Source: Stegostoma tigrinum (taxonomy: Eukaryota). Taken from it: a DNA stretch of 64,000 nucleotides. Within the stretch, counting starts at the first letter, position 1, and every line of letters starts with the position of its first letter. The DNA lies in contig NC_081356.1 in NCBI RefSeq assembly GCF_030684315.1, positions 101,537,242 to 101,601,241 of the forward strand, given 5' to 3'. The translations under genes and the position numbers were made by a program. Below the pieces are notes generated by a model. It did not search any database, was not told the DNA's origin, and saw nothing but the letters and a program-made list of their open reading frames with translations. Positions 1-12,601 of this stretch are shown piece by piece.

Positions 1-37
<37 letters not shown>

Positions 38-78
38 TCTCTCTCGCACACACAAACCCCTCGCGCGCGCACACACCC
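1..78. repeat. (CT)n microsatellite with CA/CG dinucleotide tail
   Basis: Directly visible. Confidence 0.9.
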
Positions 79-79
79 G

Positions 80-572
80 CAGATGCATTTTATTTTGTTC
101 AAAAGGCATATAATTTATGGACAGTCAGTGAATTGTAGTGTTTTATAAATTCCTACTTTAGAAATAAAACCAGACTCAAACTAAAACAAACAGATTCTAA
201 ACAAGGACTCAACATAACATGCATTGTCTGACCTAAAATGTTACCTCTTCTTTACACTGGTAAAACATTTAGTTCTGTCAGGATCATGACTTGAAAGGAA
301 TTCAGGGATTTATGTGTGGATATTAATCAATTAAAACCTTCTAACTGATTAAAGAATTAATGGCATCTTAGGTTTGTGTAATACATCCTGATTAATGGTG
401 TGACCCTTTGATCTTTTACTTATAAATCATGTGTCTGATACTACCTCTGTCACTAACATCTGAAGAAGGACCAAAAGCTTGTGTTTTCAAACAAACCTGT
501 TGGACCATAAGCTGGTATTGTGTGATTTCTGACCTTGTCCACCCCGGTCGAACACCAGCACCTCCACATCAA
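80..572 (+). mobile_element. Degenerate Penelope-like element 3' terminus (second family)
   Basis: CTGAAGAAGG..aaagctt, a damaged hammerhead-like core near 460, followed by aaacctgttggaccataa...acaccagcacctccacat. I recall this terminus from shark PLE repeats. Confidence 0.45.
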
Positions 573-1000
573 TATACTGTAAGGTAGAGATTTTGATTGC
601 TTTCCTTCTCTGAGTACCAACATTACCTAGATCATTGTTAATGATTAAATAATGCTGTATTGCTCAGCAAAGATCTAATTAAAAATGCCTTTGAAGTTGG
701 GATTACAGGCACTGAGAAAGTGTTCTCGTGTGGTACTCCAACAGTATGTTAGAATGCCATCGATTTGCTTTTAGAAAATTAACCATTTCAGATGCAGCGT
801 AATCTTGTCACAATAGAGGCTTTTAAAAGCTGTTATGCTACAATTAAGCTCAAATATGTTATTAAAGAAAAGTTATATGAAAGGAGTTGTGAAGTTTAAT
901 GACTTTTAGGAGCATATTTATGCTTTATTTGTCATTTTCCCCCTTCTTCACTGTATATGCCCACCTCCCACCTGTCCTGAAGGTTTTAATATCACTTTTG

Positions 1001-1325
1001 GGGGTGGCACGGTGGCTCAGTGGTTAGTACTACAGCCTCACGGCACCAGGGACCCAGGTTCAATTCCAGCCTCTGGCGACTCTCTGTGCGGAGTTTGCAA
1101 GTTCTCCCCGTGTCTGCGTGGGTTTCCTCCGGGGGGGGTGCTCTGGTTTCCTCCCACAGTCCAAAGATGTGCAGGTTAGGTGGATTGGCCATGCTAAATT
1201 GCCCGTAGTGTTCAGGGAATGTGTGGGTTATAGGGGGGATGGGCCTGGGTGCGATGCTGCAAGGGGCGGTGTGGACTTGTTGGGCTGAAGGGCCTGTTTC
1301 CACACTGTAGGGAATCTAGTCTAAT
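1001..1325 (+). mobile_element. HE1-like tRNA-derived V-SINE, full length
   Basis: A box TGGCTCAGTGG, B box GGTTCAATTCC, V-domain core GGGTTTCCTCCGGG..GGTTTCCTCCCACAGTCCAAAGA, and a CR1-like tail. Confidence 0.85.
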
Positions 1326-2252
1326 TTTCTATAAAGTTTCCATCCAGTACGTGGTCCAAGCCACTGTAGTCCTAAGCAAGTAAGTGAAAGCCAGCATTTA
1401 GTTATGTCAAGATCTGAGCAAAACCTACAGCTTTACTAGCAGAGATAACTGCATGTAGTATGCATTACCAGCAGGGATTGCTAGACAGTTATTAGGGACA
1501 TTAACCTAATCTATTTTCTCCCTAGTTCTTCATGAATTCTAGATAGCTTCTGATGTCTCAGCTCTTTCATTGTCTGATGGCAGCACAAATCAGCATGCAA
1601 ATGCAGAAGCTACCATATATATAAATCTGTTGCTTCTTATCCAGTTAAGTGTTGGGGGTAGGCCTTACAAGCATCTTTAAATAGAATGTTTGTGGTGTCT
1701 ATTCAGAATTGTGTAGCTGTGCAACATCCGCACCTAATGCTGCATTCTGCACTAACATGAAGATATGAGCGTTGGTATTTGCATTAGCATTTGAGAGGGG
1801 CAGCTCTACAGATGTGAACTTATGCAATCTTTAAACTGAATCTTTGGTGCCGGAGATGAATGAAAAAATCTCTATTCACTGACAAGGATAATACAGAAGC
1901 ACACATTCATGTTGCTGAGCTTTGGAGCTTTTCTTACAGTCATTCTTTTTCACTTACTGTGAAGCACTAACTCTGATATCCACTACTCTTAGTGAGAATT
2001 ATCAGTAAAATATAGTTTAAGTAAACAGGGCATAAGAATTTCCTTGGGACACTTATGGGAACTTTGACAATCTCTGACTATTGAGCCCAATTTATTTGTG
2101 AAGTATGATTATTTTTGAATTGACTTTTTAAATGGTTTGTATTTTTGGTATTGCGTAATTGCTTGTAAAATTAGAAATATTGTACACATGGAGGGTTCCA
2201 CATCAGTGAATGTGTGTTATTATATGTCTTCCTACTTGCCTTATGCATTCAG

Positions 2253-2558
2253 GCAAAAATGTGACGGAACTAGAAAGTGATCCTGATGACCCTGATCCAG
2301 TTGAAGTTGCTGACACTGAATTAGCTGAAGCTGATTCCAATGCTGTAGCGGAGGGAACTGAAGCATCTTGCAGTGTGGAATGTCAGGAAGACGCAAGTAA
2401 AAAAGAAAGCACATCAAAGCCCTATCCAACTAAGTGTAAGCGAAAACGGAAGAAAAAATCTACTCCAGAGCCAGCAGAACAAGAAACTGCTGAAGATCCA
2501 CCTCAGGAAGGAAGCACTTCTCAGAAATTAAAGCAGGAAGTGCAGCAGTGCAAGATCG
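2253..2558 (+). CDS. BDP1: BDP1 internal coding exon (first in window), phase 1->1
   Basis: ttcAG acceptor at 2251-2252 and GTAAG donor at 2559. Encodes the acidic/basic peptide KNVTELESD...KRKRKKK. Phase matches the next exon. Confidence 0.85.
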
Positions 2559-3081
2559 GTAAGAATTTTTTGAGCTCTCTATTGTAGTTATGACTGTGGG
2601 TTGTTCTGTTGAGCTTTATCATTCATCTTTTCACCACCCATTCACTTAGGCCAGTTATATATACTTTTTAAAAAAAAGCCAAGATGTTGCCAGTCCTCTG
2701 CCATGGGTACTGTTTAGTCAATTGCTGTAAAGTAAGAAAGACATCTATGGTGACTACTCCCTCGAGTTTCTTATTCCCTTTATATGGGCAAGTGCCTGGT
2801 TAGAATTTATCTTTCAGAAATGCCACAACCTGAAGATAAAAACTCGCTGCCTTCACAGTTGTAGGCTTGATCCCATACTGAAAGCAATAGAGCATTTCTG
2901 TTTGTTCTGCCTTGGTTTTGTTGTTCTTTTGGTGGTAATTGACTTAAAATGCCAGGTTAATTTACAGAAGAAACCTCGAGCTGTTGAAGTGTACTACAGC
3001 CTAGAGAGCAGATGATTACTTTAAATTTAACAGTCATCAAGGAGACATGAATGCATGATTGCACTTGATTAGCACTGATAA

Positions 3082-3500
3082 TTCCAGCTCTTCCCCTCCA
3101 CCCACTGCATCCCAAAACCAGTCCAACCTGTCTCTGCCTCCCTAACCTGTTCTTCCTCTCACCCATCCCTTCCTCCCACCCCAAGTCGCACCTCCATCTC
3201 CTACCTACTAACCTCATCCCACTTCCTTGACCTGTCCGTTCTCCCTGGACTGACCTATCCCCTCCCTACCACCCCACCTATACTCTCCTCTCCACCTATC
3301 TTCTTTTCTCTCCATCTTCGGTCCGCCTCCCCCTCTCTCCCTATTTATTCCAGAACCCTCACCCCAACCCCCTCTCTGATGAAGGGTCTAGGCCCGAAAC
3401 GTCAGCTTGTGTGCTCCTGAGATGCTGCTGGGTCTGCTGTGTTCGTCCAGCCTCATTTCATTATCTTGGATTCTCCAGCATCTGCAGTTCCCATTATCAC
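3082..3500 (+). mobile_element. Penelope-like element 3' terminal fragment (pLTR plus tail) with intact hammerhead core at 3376-3403
   Basis: C-rich body, CTGATGAAGGGTCTAGGCCCGAAACGTC and tail TTCTCCAGCATCTGCAGTTCCCATTATC. Same family as 39985-40582, which retains the ORF end. Confidence 0.8.
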
Positions 3501-3939
3501 AGATCGATTATCTAGTTTTCTTAGTAAATACAATTACAGGCTTATTATCAAAACAAAACTTATTCAGGAAAGGAGCAATAATTGGTTACCATATACTGTC
3601 AGAAAGATAGAAAAATAAATGCTTATTTATTGTAAATTTCCCCAAAACAGACAGGTGAACAAATACACCTTCTCTCTTTGGAGAAAAAAGATAAATTTTT
3701 TTTCAGAACTTGGCCTAATGGAGAAAACTAACACTTTGGGCCAATGGGTTATTCTTGAACGCAAAAGGACAAAATGTAGGTTACTCTGGCATTTTTGATC
3801 GTGACTAATCACACAAGATTGTCTCTGAGGTCTTATTCCACTTGCTGTGGAAATCAGGTGATGATCCTTCAGTTCCTGTTTCAAAAGAACAAAAGGTTTC
3901 CCTGAAATGAACAAGATCACCTGAACAACTGGTTCTTAG

Positions 3940-4313
3940 CAGGGTTTCCTCCAACACAGTTTGGATTGCTCCAGGGCCACTCAACTCCTGACATCATCAT
4001 AGCATTTGTTTTAACATTGACAAAAGAGCTGAATTATAGAGGTAAGGTGAGTGACTGCCCTTGACATCGTGCAGCATCAAGGAGTCCAAATAGAACTGGA
4101 GTCAGTGGGAAATGAGTGAGAAATCACTTTGTGCCAAGAATGGCTTCAACCAGCAAAGAAAGATGGTTGAAGCTGTTAAAGATCAGACATCCCAGCTTCA
4201 GCGCACATCTGAAGGAGTTCTTCAGGGTTATGTCCTACATCCAGCCATTTTCAGCTGTTTCATTAATGACCTTCCCTCCATCATAAGATCAGAAGAGTGG
4301 ATGTTCGCCAATG
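3940..4313 (+). mobile_element. CR1-clade LINE reverse-transcriptase fragment
   Basis: Degenerate GVxQG...FINDLPSII...FAND motifs. Confidence 0.7.
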
Positions 4314-4686
4314 ATTTTAAAGAACCTCCTTTCAGCACAGTCCTTAAAAGCTCAGGTCATCCAAGTAATTTTAAATGTATTGCGCCTTTAGAATAGAGCT
4401 AGGCATTGGAGGCTACCTGGTTTCTGGGACATCCTGACTTATTAAGGAAATAACACTTCGATAATACTAAGTAACAGAATTTAATAAGAAAGTTGCACCC
4501 AAATAAACAGTATATGTTTGTACTCTGGCTATTACTTCAACAAACAGGTTTTAGGGTTGTACCTGTTGGGTTGAAAGGAAACCAACCCATGTGAATTTGA
4601 CATAAAATCTTGTAAACGTAAAATACTTTTTATCTCGCTGCAATTGCTACTGATGCAAATATATTTTTAATCAACAATTTGAACAG

Positions 4687-4873
4687 GAATTCCAAAATCT
4701 TCAGCTTTGACTTCTGCCGAAGAAGACAGCAGTGGAGACCAGATTGCAGAACATGAAGATGAATGTCTTTTAGTGAATAGTGAAATATCGCTTGAGCAAG
4801 AGACCTCTGAAAACAAACTGCCTTCCAAAACACACAGAAAAGCGAATCACAATGATGAAGGCCGATCTTTGAG
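4687..4873 (+). CDS. BDP1: BDP1 exon, phase 1->2
   Basis: aacAG acceptor and GTAAC donor. Open frame IPKSSALTSAEEDSSGDQ...DEGRSL. Confidence 0.8.
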
Positions 4874-5167
4874 GTAACCTGTTTCTATAATGCTTTTAAT
4901 GTAATGGAGAATGATTTTAAAAAAGATGAGGGGCAATTTTTTTTTACACCGTAGGTCATGTGTGGAATGAACTATTGGAAGTAGGAGTAGGTGTGGCTAC
5001 AGTTACAACGTTTAAAAGACATTTAGATAAGATGAAATAAGCAATGTTTGGAGGGAATATGTGCTACGTGCAGATAGGTGGGACTAGTTTACTTTGGGAT
5101 TATGTTCAGCCTATACTGGTGGGACTCAAGAATCTGTTTCTGTGCCACCGTGCACCCCTAAAAATAT

Positions 5168-5240
5168 TGCTTGAATAGAGACTCGAACCCGGGACCCTCA
5201 GATTAAAAGCCTGATGCACTACTGACTAAGTTACCTGGGC
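5168..5240 (-). pseudogene. Degenerate tRNA-Lys(TTT) gene
   Basis: Reverse complement GCCCAGGTAACTTAGTCAGTAGTGCATCAGGCTTTTAATCTGAGGGTCCCGGGTTCGAGTCTCTATTCAAGCA is 73 nt and colinear with vertebrate tRNA-Lys-UUU, with about 14 substitutions by my count. Acceptor, D and T stems are damaged. Confidence 0.85.
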
Positions 5241-5354
5241 TCATGTGCAAACTATTAAACTCAGTCATCAACTTGGCTGAGATTTTTGCTGGAAGGAACA
5301 TTAAAGTAGCAAAATGCAAGACTTTCATGAAATTAAGGTAAAACATAGTAAGGA

Positions 5355-5725
5355 ATTGACCAGCATTTACTGCCCATCCTCAAAGTTAAAAGTAAACCAC
5401 ATTGCTATGGATCTGGAGTCCAATGTAGGCCAGATCAGGAGAAGATAGCGAAGACATTAGATGATTCTTAACCAAAGAGCTACAGATGCTGGAGATAAGA
5501 AATAAAAACAGAAATTGTGATGAACAGCATGCCTGGCAGGGTCTATGGGGAGAAAACACTTGATGTTTCAAGTCCAGTTATACATTGTCATTCGGCTAAC
5601 GTTTTATTTACAATCTTTAAAATATTAAATTCGAATTTCCGCATAGTGAAATTTGAACCAATGTCCTCAGCACTTTAGCCTCGGGCTCTGGATTACTCGT
5701 CCAATGACAGTACCATTATGCAACC
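5355..5725 (-). mobile_element. SacSINE1/DeuSINE-like SINE, degenerate, with a small PLE-terminus insertion
   Basis: Reverse complement of a tRNA head (GTAATCCAGAG) and Deu-like core GGCCTACATTGGACTCCAGATCCATAGCAATGTGG. Confidence 0.55.
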
Positions 5726-6433
5726 ATGTCATAGAACTTCCCATGCAGAGTTCCACAAGTGTTGCCTTAACAGTCCGAGGTGGTAAGTACACCAAACAAT
5801 TATATTGTTAAATCATTGGAGTTCAGATTAGCAGGAGCTGAACAATAATCTGGCTAGGATACATTTGAGTTAATTGATTTTTTTTAGTTGGCACAGTACA
5901 AATTATGGCCTGGCACAGTATAAGCTCAACAATGCGAAAAATACTCGAGTCAAGCTGAAAATCCATGAGAAACCATTTGATAAGTTGAGGTTCTTAGCCT
6001 CATGTTGTAATGCTTCTGAGACAGATTTAGTTGTGTTGGATAACTAATGGAATGTAACAAACTCGAAAATAAAATTTCAGATTTCTTGTTTAAAACAACC
6101 AAAAGATAAACAGTATATTCTGCAGAAGTGCAACGTTAGTGAAAAGTTCATGGATTAAAACTTCTCCAAAAGAAGTGTTTTTTTTAGGAATTGCAAAAAA
6201 TCGCGCAATTTATAAAGATGAGTGAAAATATCCTTGTGACCTGCATTAACCGAAGAAATGGTGACACCTTTGAATGGCATGATTATTCGAAAGAATTTGC
6301 TCATTGTTGTTCCATGAATTTGGGTTCTGTAGCAAATCATAATGGTGTGATAAAATGAGCTGTTCTCTGGTTGGGGATTAATTACGTAGCTTGTTTTAAA
6401 TTTTATTTGCTCTGTGAGTGCTTCATTTTGTAG

Positions 6434-6475
6434 AAATCCACATCATGGCGATGACAAAACAGAAACAAAATTCAG
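6434..6475 (+). CDS. BDP1: BDP1 42-nt symmetric micro-exon, phase 2->2
   Basis: ttttgtAG acceptor and GTAAA donor. Encodes NPHHGDDKTETKF and can be skipped in frame. Confidence 0.65.
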
Positions 6476-6544
6476 GTAAAATGGAGATATGTAGCAGGAA
6501 ACTCTGTTTTAATTGGATTTTTTTTGAATTCCACTAAATAATTG

Positions 6545-9500
6545 AAAGATGGCTGTGGTTGTTGGAGGTCATTCATCTCAGCCACAGGATATCACAGCAG
6601 GAGTGATGATTGATGAGGACAGGGCAGTGGATACAGTCTACACGGACCAGGTATCTCATGGCAGACTAATATGGAAGCTGAAGTCACATAGTATCCGCAG
6701 GGAGCCAGTAAGGTGGATACAGAGCTGGCTTGGTCATAGAAAACAGAGTAGCGGTGGAAGGTTGTTTTGCTGGATAGAGATCTGTGACTCATGTTCCACA
6801 GGGATTGGTGCTGGAACCTCAGTTGTCTGTAATATATATGAATGATCTGTTTGGATTTATTTATTGTCATGTGTATTTTGTTACAAAATATAGTGAAAAG
6901 TGTTGTATCGTGTTGCCACTTTCTGGTGCCGTCTTAAAACTCAGAAAAATAAACCTAAACATAGCAAATAAAGGCAGAAAAGTAAAGAAATAAAAAGTGC
7001 TCAAATTTACAGTCCTCCTTGTTAAATGCTCTGCCGTGGGCCATAGGCCCGCTGGCCAGGCACGAGTCCCCTTGGCCGCACCACTGCTACTGAAGAAAAA
7101 GTTGAACTCTTCAGCTGCATCTCGCCTCTAGTGATGCTCTTGAGTCCTTACTGGACCTTGCCAATACAGACATCCCGACTTTGGGTACCGTTATGGCCCA
7201 AATGCACCTCCACCATTGTCAGGAGTCTGCTTTGGGCCCACCTTGTTGATGCAGCCACTGCTGATGCTTCAGAATCTTGTCCTGGGTCCAAACTCTCCTC
7301 CACTTCCATGCATCTGCAACGCACACAGATGCCACCAGGAACCTAAACTCTCCTCTGCCACAGCAGTGTGATTTGGCACTAGGACTGCCTCATCGACGCA
7401 GAAGCCAGCAACCCAAACTTGTTTCCGCCACTGCCATGTTTTCGTGTTGAGCTATACTTGTCACTGTCAATGCCATTACTGTGATTGAGCTCTTCAACAA
7501 GAGGTAAGTAAAATAAAAGAAAAGAAAGGAAGATCAGAAGAGGGAGGGAAAAAAGAAATCAGAAATTGGCTTGCTGAAAGAAGACAGAGGGTGGTAGTTG
7601 ATGCGAAATGTTCATTCTGAGACCAGTTACTAGTGGTGTACCGCAAGGGTCGGTGTTGGGTCCACTGCTGTTTGTCATTTTTATAAATGACCTGGATGAG
7701 GGCGTAGTAGGATGGGTTAGTAAATTCGCTGACGACACTAAGGTCGGTGGAGTTGTGGATAGTGACGAAGGATGCTGTAGGTTGCAGAAAGACATAGATA
7801 AGCTGCAGAGCTGGACTGAGAGGTGGCAAATGGAGTTTAATGCAGAGAAGTGTGAGGTGATGCACTTTGGTAGGAGTAACCAGAAGGCAAAGTCCAGGGC
7901 TAATGGTAAGATTCTTAGCAGTATAGATGAGCAGAGAGATCTCGGTGTCCATGTACACAGATCTTTGAAAGTTGCCACCCAGGTTGACAGGGCTGTTAAG
8001 AAGGCATACAGTGTTTTAGCTTTTATTAATAGAGGGATCGAGTTCCGGAACCAAGAGGTTATGGTGAAGCTGTACAAAACTCTGGTGCGGCCGCACTTGG
8101 AGTATTGTGTATAGTTCTGGTCACCGCATTATAAGAAGGATGTGGAAGCTTTGGAAAGGGTGCAGAGGAGATTTACTCGGATGTTGCCTGGTATGGAGGG
8201 AAGGTCTTACGAGGAAACGCTGAGGGACTTGAGGCTGTTTTCATTAGAGAGAAGGTTGAGAGGTGACTTAATTGAAACATATAAAATAATCAGAGAGTTA
8301 GATAGGGTGGATAGGGAGAGTCTTTTTCCTAGGATGGTGACGGCGAGCACGAGGGGGCATAGCTTTAAATTGAGGGGTGAAAGATATAGGACAGATGTCA
8401 GAGGTAGTTTCTTTACTCAGAGAGTAGTAAGGGAATGGAACGCTTTGCTTGCAACGGTAGTAGATTCGCCAACTTTAAGTACATTTAAGTCGTCATTGGA
8501 CAAGCATATGGATGTACGTGGAATAGTGTGGGTTAGATGGGCTTGAGATCGGTATGACATGTCGGCACAACATCGAGGGCTGAAGGGCCTGTACTGTGCT
8601 GTAATGTTCTATGTTCTAAATAAAAAGAAAGGCAGACAGAGCAGATGAGTCCTGGGCTCAGAAGCCCTGCTTCATTGTCATCTTGCCAGAATGATTTGGA
8701 GGAGAGTGTAGGTGGTGTGATTAGTAAATTTGTGGATGACACAATGATTGGGGGAGCTGCAGATAGTAAAGAAGATTGTCAAATGATACAGCAGGATGTA
8801 GATAGGCTGGAGAATTGGGTGAAGAAATGGCAGGTGGAATTTAATCCAGACAAATATGAGGTGATGCATTTTGGAAGGTCTAATGCAGGAGGGAGGTAGA
8901 CAGTAAATGGCAGAATCCTTAAATGCATTAACATGCATAGTGATCTAAGCGTTCAAGCCCAAAGTTCCATGAAAGTGGCAACACAAGTTGATAAGGTTGT
9001 CAAGAAGGTCAAGAATGCTCACCTTCATTGGTCAGGGCAAAGAAAATAAAAGTTAGCAAATCATGTTGCAGCTGTATAGAAATTTAGTTAGGCCACAAGT
9101 GGAATATTTTGGCAACCACGACTGTACACATGGCTAGAAGAATGTAGAGGCTTTTGGTGAGAGTATAGGAAAGGTTTACCTGAGTGAAGAGTGACTTAGA
9201 CTCCGTGTTAGCTGGCGCGCTCTCCCTGGATGCTGTCTGACCTCCAGCATTTGTTGTTTTCGATACAGGTTCCAGCATCTGCAGTAATTTGTTCTTAGTT
9301 GAATGTTGCCTGGTTTGGAAGATATTAACAATGAGGAGAGGTTGAACAAAGCGGGTTTGTTTTCATTTGAAGGAGAGGCTGAGGGACGACCCAGTAGGAG
9401 CTTACAAGATTATGAGCAGCATGGATAGAAAAGATAGAGGTTTTTTCCCAAAATAGAAATTTCAGTTACTAGAGGACATTGGCTTGAGTTAAAAGGTGGA

Positions 9501-10570
9501 AGGTTTAAAGGAGTTGTTAAAAGCCAGGCACCACTCAAAGGGTAGTATGTGCTTGGAATGCACTGCCAGAGGAGATGGTAGAAACAGATACATTTAGGGG
9601 GCATCTTGTCAGATACATTAACAGTCAGGAAACATAGGTGCAAAAAGCTGAAAGGTTTTTAAATTTAGAAAGGTGTCATGAGTTGGCGCAGGATTGTTGG
9701 TCCAATAACCTGTTCCTCTGCTGTACTGTTCTTTGTTCTTTTGAGTTCCTCCGGGTAATGTTCTATGCGCAATCATCTTCAGCTGCTACATCATGCCCTT
9801 TATTCCATCATAATGTGAAAAGTGGGAATATTTGCTGATAATTGATTGCACAATGTTTAGCACTGTTTGCAATTCCTTAAATACTGAAGCAGTCCACTTC
9901 CAAATGCAGCAAGACCAGGACATCATACAGACTTGAGTTGATGAGAGGCATATTTGGTATTAAAATAATTGAAATGCCAGGAAATGCCATTTCCCATAAT
10001 AAACAATCCAACCATTGCCCCTTGACATTGAATAGCATTGCCATTGCTAATTACCCCAACTCCCTACATCCTAGAAGTTATCATTGACCAGAAACTAAGC
10101 TGAATTAGCCTTCTAATTACTATTGCTACAAGAGCTGATCAGAGACTGGGCATTCTGCAGCAAATAATTCACCACTTGCCTTGTCAGTCCACCATTAAGA
10201 AGTCACAATCATGAGTGTGACGAAATACTCTCCATTTCCCTGCACGTGTTCAGCTGTAACAAGATTTGAGACTCATAATACTGTCCAGGATATGCAGTTC
10301 ACTTGGTTGGCATCCCATCTAGTACCTCCGATATTTATTCCCTTCACCATCAGCACACAGTGGCAAAGGTTGCAACATTTGCAAGATGCACTCCAACAAT
10401 TCACCAAGTCTCCTTCAGTAGTATCCTTCAAACTTACCTCCTCTACACCTTAAAAAAAGATGAAGGCTGCAGCTGTTCAAGAAGCAACTCGCTACCATCT
10501 TCTTGAGGGCAACAGGAAATGGATAATAAATGTATCCAAGCCAGTGACTATTACTAGTCTCGTACCATGC
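6545..10570 (+). mobile_element. Nested TE cluster: CR1 type A > CR1 type B > antisense unknown element > young CR1
   Basis: RT motifs are split and resume across the inserts (see findings). Confidence 0.75.
7556..8619 (+). mobile_element. Young 5'-truncated CR1 LINE (RT C-terminus and 3' UTR)
   Basis: GVPQGSVLGPLLF..INDLD..KFADDTK..LVRPHLEYCV*FWSP..LERVQRRFTRM with one in-frame stop. Ends in a (TGTTCTA)n tail. Confidence 0.92.
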
Positions 10571-10678
10571 CACCGTTTTAAAAACGCCACTGCTAATGGT
10601 GTGTTATGAATCTTGAAACTTAGAATGCATTTTGAATTTATTATTGAAATTATTCTGTTGCCTAAATATTTATTTCAG

Positions 10679-10964
10679 TGATCATGAAAGTGTAGCACCA
10701 TCAGAAACGTCCCCCCCAGTTACAACAGAAACTTCAAAGAAATCACGTGTTCGTGCGCAGAAATTTAAACCCAACTCAAAAGCAATTGGAACAAAAAGAG
10801 CAGGAGATAAAAATGGTGATCAAACTGCTCCAGAAGCTATTAGATTTTATGATGGTGACAACAAGGAAGACAAGAGTGAAAAAGTGCAAGAATCACCTGT
10901 ACAGGATGTCGATCCTCCTAACTGTGATCCCCCTGAGATCATGAATAATGAAGTGTCAGAAAAG
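10679..10964 (+). CDS. BDP1: BDP1 exon, phase 2->0
   Basis: tttcAG acceptor and GTGTGT donor. Encodes DHESVAPSE...RVRAQKFKPNSK...EVSEK. Confidence 0.85.
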
Positions 10965-11336
10965 GTGTGTGTATAATATGTACTGTCATTTAAGTGTGCA
11001 GCATAACCTGACATCTTGCATCGACTGCCATCTTTTGTTGATTCAGAATATTAGTTTCAAAATGGTAATTGTTCGCATTGTAAACTGCTTCCTAACAATC
11101 TTGAAAAGCCAGTTGACATTATGATTTACACCTAATCTAAGAATCTCCCTCTTCCATTACCACTTCTGGTTTCACAGTCTCATTTCCAATTCAAACTGCT
11201 TGCAGCAGAATAAAACTTCAGTTTTATTAGGTAAAATTAAGATACTGTCAGAAAAATGGGAGTGAGTAATGTGATGACCAATTTTCCTGGTACTATAAAG
11301 GCCATGTTATATAGAATTCTCCTGCACCTAGCAATC

Positions 11337-12051
11337 TTCGGGGATAGTACGAACTGCCAATGCTGGAGTCTCAGATAACAAGGTGTGGAGCTGGATGAAC
11401 CAGCAAGCCGAGCAGGAAAGCTGATATTTTGGGTCTGGACCCTTCTTCAGAAATGGAGGAGTGGAAGGGGACTGTGAAATAAATAGAGAGAGGGGGAGGC
11501 AATGATAGAAGTGGACAATGGTGCAGATAGGTGGAGAGAAGACGGACAGGTCAAGGAGGCGGGAATGGAGCCAGTAAAGGTGAGTGTCAGTAGGGAGTTG
11601 GAATGGGGTTTGGTCAGTGAGGAGAGGGGGGTGGGTAGATGGAAGGGAAGATGGACAGGTCAAGGAAGTGGGGATGAAGCTTGTAGAGGTGAGTGGAGGT
11701 ATGAAGGCAGGGTGGCGGTTGGGTGTGTTCCCACCTACACTCACCTCTACAAGCTTCATCCCTGCCTCGTTGACCTGTCCTCCCTCCCTCACTGATCAAC
11801 CCTCATCCCAACTCCCTACCGACACTCACCTTCACATGCTTCACCCCTGCCTCCTTGACTTGTCCATTTCCTTTCCACCTATCTGTTCTGCTATCCGTCT
11901 TCTCTCGCTGCCTCCCCCTCCCCCCATTTATTTCCAAATCCCCTTTTCCTTCCCCCATTGCTGAAGAAGGGTCCAGGCCCGAAACTTCAGCTTTCCTGGT
12001 CCTCTGATGCTGCTTGGCCTGCTGTGTTCATCCAGCTCCACACTTTGTTAA
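11337..12051. mobile_element. Inverted pair of Penelope-like termini with hammerhead-like cores at 11423-11450 (-) and 11961-11988 (+)
   Basis: Arms are reverse complements around about 11715. Flanked by AGCAATC at 11330 and 12052. Confidence 0.8.
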
Positions 12052-12506
12052 AGCAATCATTGAGAGTAGTTTTCCTTGTTCTAGCAACTGATTATTTTGT
12101 TGCCTCTCTCCTTCTGATCAAACCTCATTTATGGTATTTATGAGTGGCACCCACATTCATGTGACCTGGCATCCCCATTTCCTGTTCCTGCCCAACACTG
12201 GGAAGTTTACCCTATATTGACGTTTCTGAAAACAAGCTTTGGAACAGATAACAATTAAATTTGTTTTGTATATGATGCCTAAATGGCCTATAAAATAACA
12301 ACATTATTTATCTGGAAGTGTTGCCAAAACAGGCATCTGCAGAAATGGCCAAATTTAGACAATCATTTTGACATTAAGACAGGGCTTGTGAACCTCGTAT
12401 TAGTTTATTTTCTCATCAACAAAATTATTCTGTCTTTTTTAAAAATAATTGGCAGGTTTTTTTTCGACATTTGGCATAATCTTGAAATGATTTTACTTTT
12501 GTGTAG

Positions 12507-12601
12507 GAGAGCAACAGTTCCCCAATATCTGAAACAGCTGAAGCTGATAAAACCAAGAAAATATTGGAAAACAAAACACAAGGTTCTGATACTGAATCAT
12601 G
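12507..12601 (+). CDS. BDP1: BDP1 exon, phase 0->2
   Basis: gtgtAG acceptor and GTAAT donor. Encodes ESNSSPISETAEADK... and is needed to bridge the phases of the flanking exons. Confidence 0.8.

Noticed and set aside
992-1303. ORFs over SINEs (also at 22.0, 31.4, 53.0 and 62.8 kb)
   Set aside because: Recurrent translations of the non-coding HE1-like SINE.
5168-5240. Functional tRNA-Lys
   Set aside because: Mismatches in the acceptor, D and T stems and loss of the D-loop GG.
7559-8546. Reverse transcriptase ORFs as an active element or a novel RT system
   Set aside because: Ordinary 5'-truncated CR1 with an in-frame stop at 8112-8114.
11328-11964. Overlapping 97-154 aa ORFs on both strands (also at 40.0 and 50.4-51.6 kb)
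   Set aside because: Products of low-complexity, purine/pyrimidine-skewed PLE terminal repeats.
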